A stretch of DNA of 63,993 nt, the filler included, from Porpidia crustulata (Eukaryota), in NCBI GenBank assembly GCA_964255105.1. It is 10 parts of 10 records of this genome, joined end to end, with 100 filler letters (N's around TTAATTAATTAA, not from the genome) between each part and the next. Parts side by side here need not be neighbours in the genome. Positions count along the whole stretch, not along the records: positions 57,909 to 63,993 come from CAXUWE010001636.1; 9 more parts are not named here. One strand, 5' to 3'. This document shows, piece by piece, positions 63,801 to 63,993 of this stretch. Both the position numbers and the translations under genes were made by a program. Position 1 is the stretch's first letter, and each line of letters begins with the position of its first letter. A model generated the notes under the pieces. That model saw only the letters and a list, made by a program, of their open reading frames with translations, made no database searches and was not told the origin of the DNA.

Positions 63801-63993
63801 GGAGACTAATATAATCGCGATGAAGTGATAAAGGTTTGTCGGAAAGGCAGACGGCAAACACAAGACCAATGAGGCCCACTCCCTCCTCACCATCACGATC
63901 AACTCGAAATCCGCGGACCCAACGATACAAAGCAAGTAAACAACTTAACAACAATAAAACCACATACAAGCATAATCCCTCCCCCCCATCCAC

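Overview
Eukaryotic (filamentous ascomycete, Pezizomycotina; a lichen-forming Lecanoromycete is plausible but not provable) genomic DNA with short spliceosomal introns. The window is not contiguous. Ten contigs are joined by nine identical 100-bp N44-TTAATTAATTAA-N44 linkers, and the complete contigs decrease steadily in length (6344, 6338, 6336, 6335, 6330, 6328, 6327, 6323 bp). Gene order across linkers therefore means nothing. Most contigs carry housekeeping genes (CTK3, MRPL12, neurochondrin-like, OSH1/2-type ORP, ATP12, OM14-like, BOS1, MIA40, NUP82, CBC2, PDX2, thiolase, BTB proteins, GST, NDUFB4, MCD4, PHD/RING, RPL43, saccharopine dehydrogenase-like). Accessory contigs carry two P450s, a dead DD34E Tc1 transposon, a probable Starship-captain (DUF3435) relic, MITEs and decaying catabolic genes. 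The most unusual signals are: a P450 lacking the I-helix Thr with a ~225-aa tail of repeated PKA-type RRxS-hydrophobic motifs; a frame-essential 2-nt micro-exon next to hairpins; two inverted-repeat elements with different arms sharing a telomere-repeat core; and a fold-back built around a Tc1 terminus.
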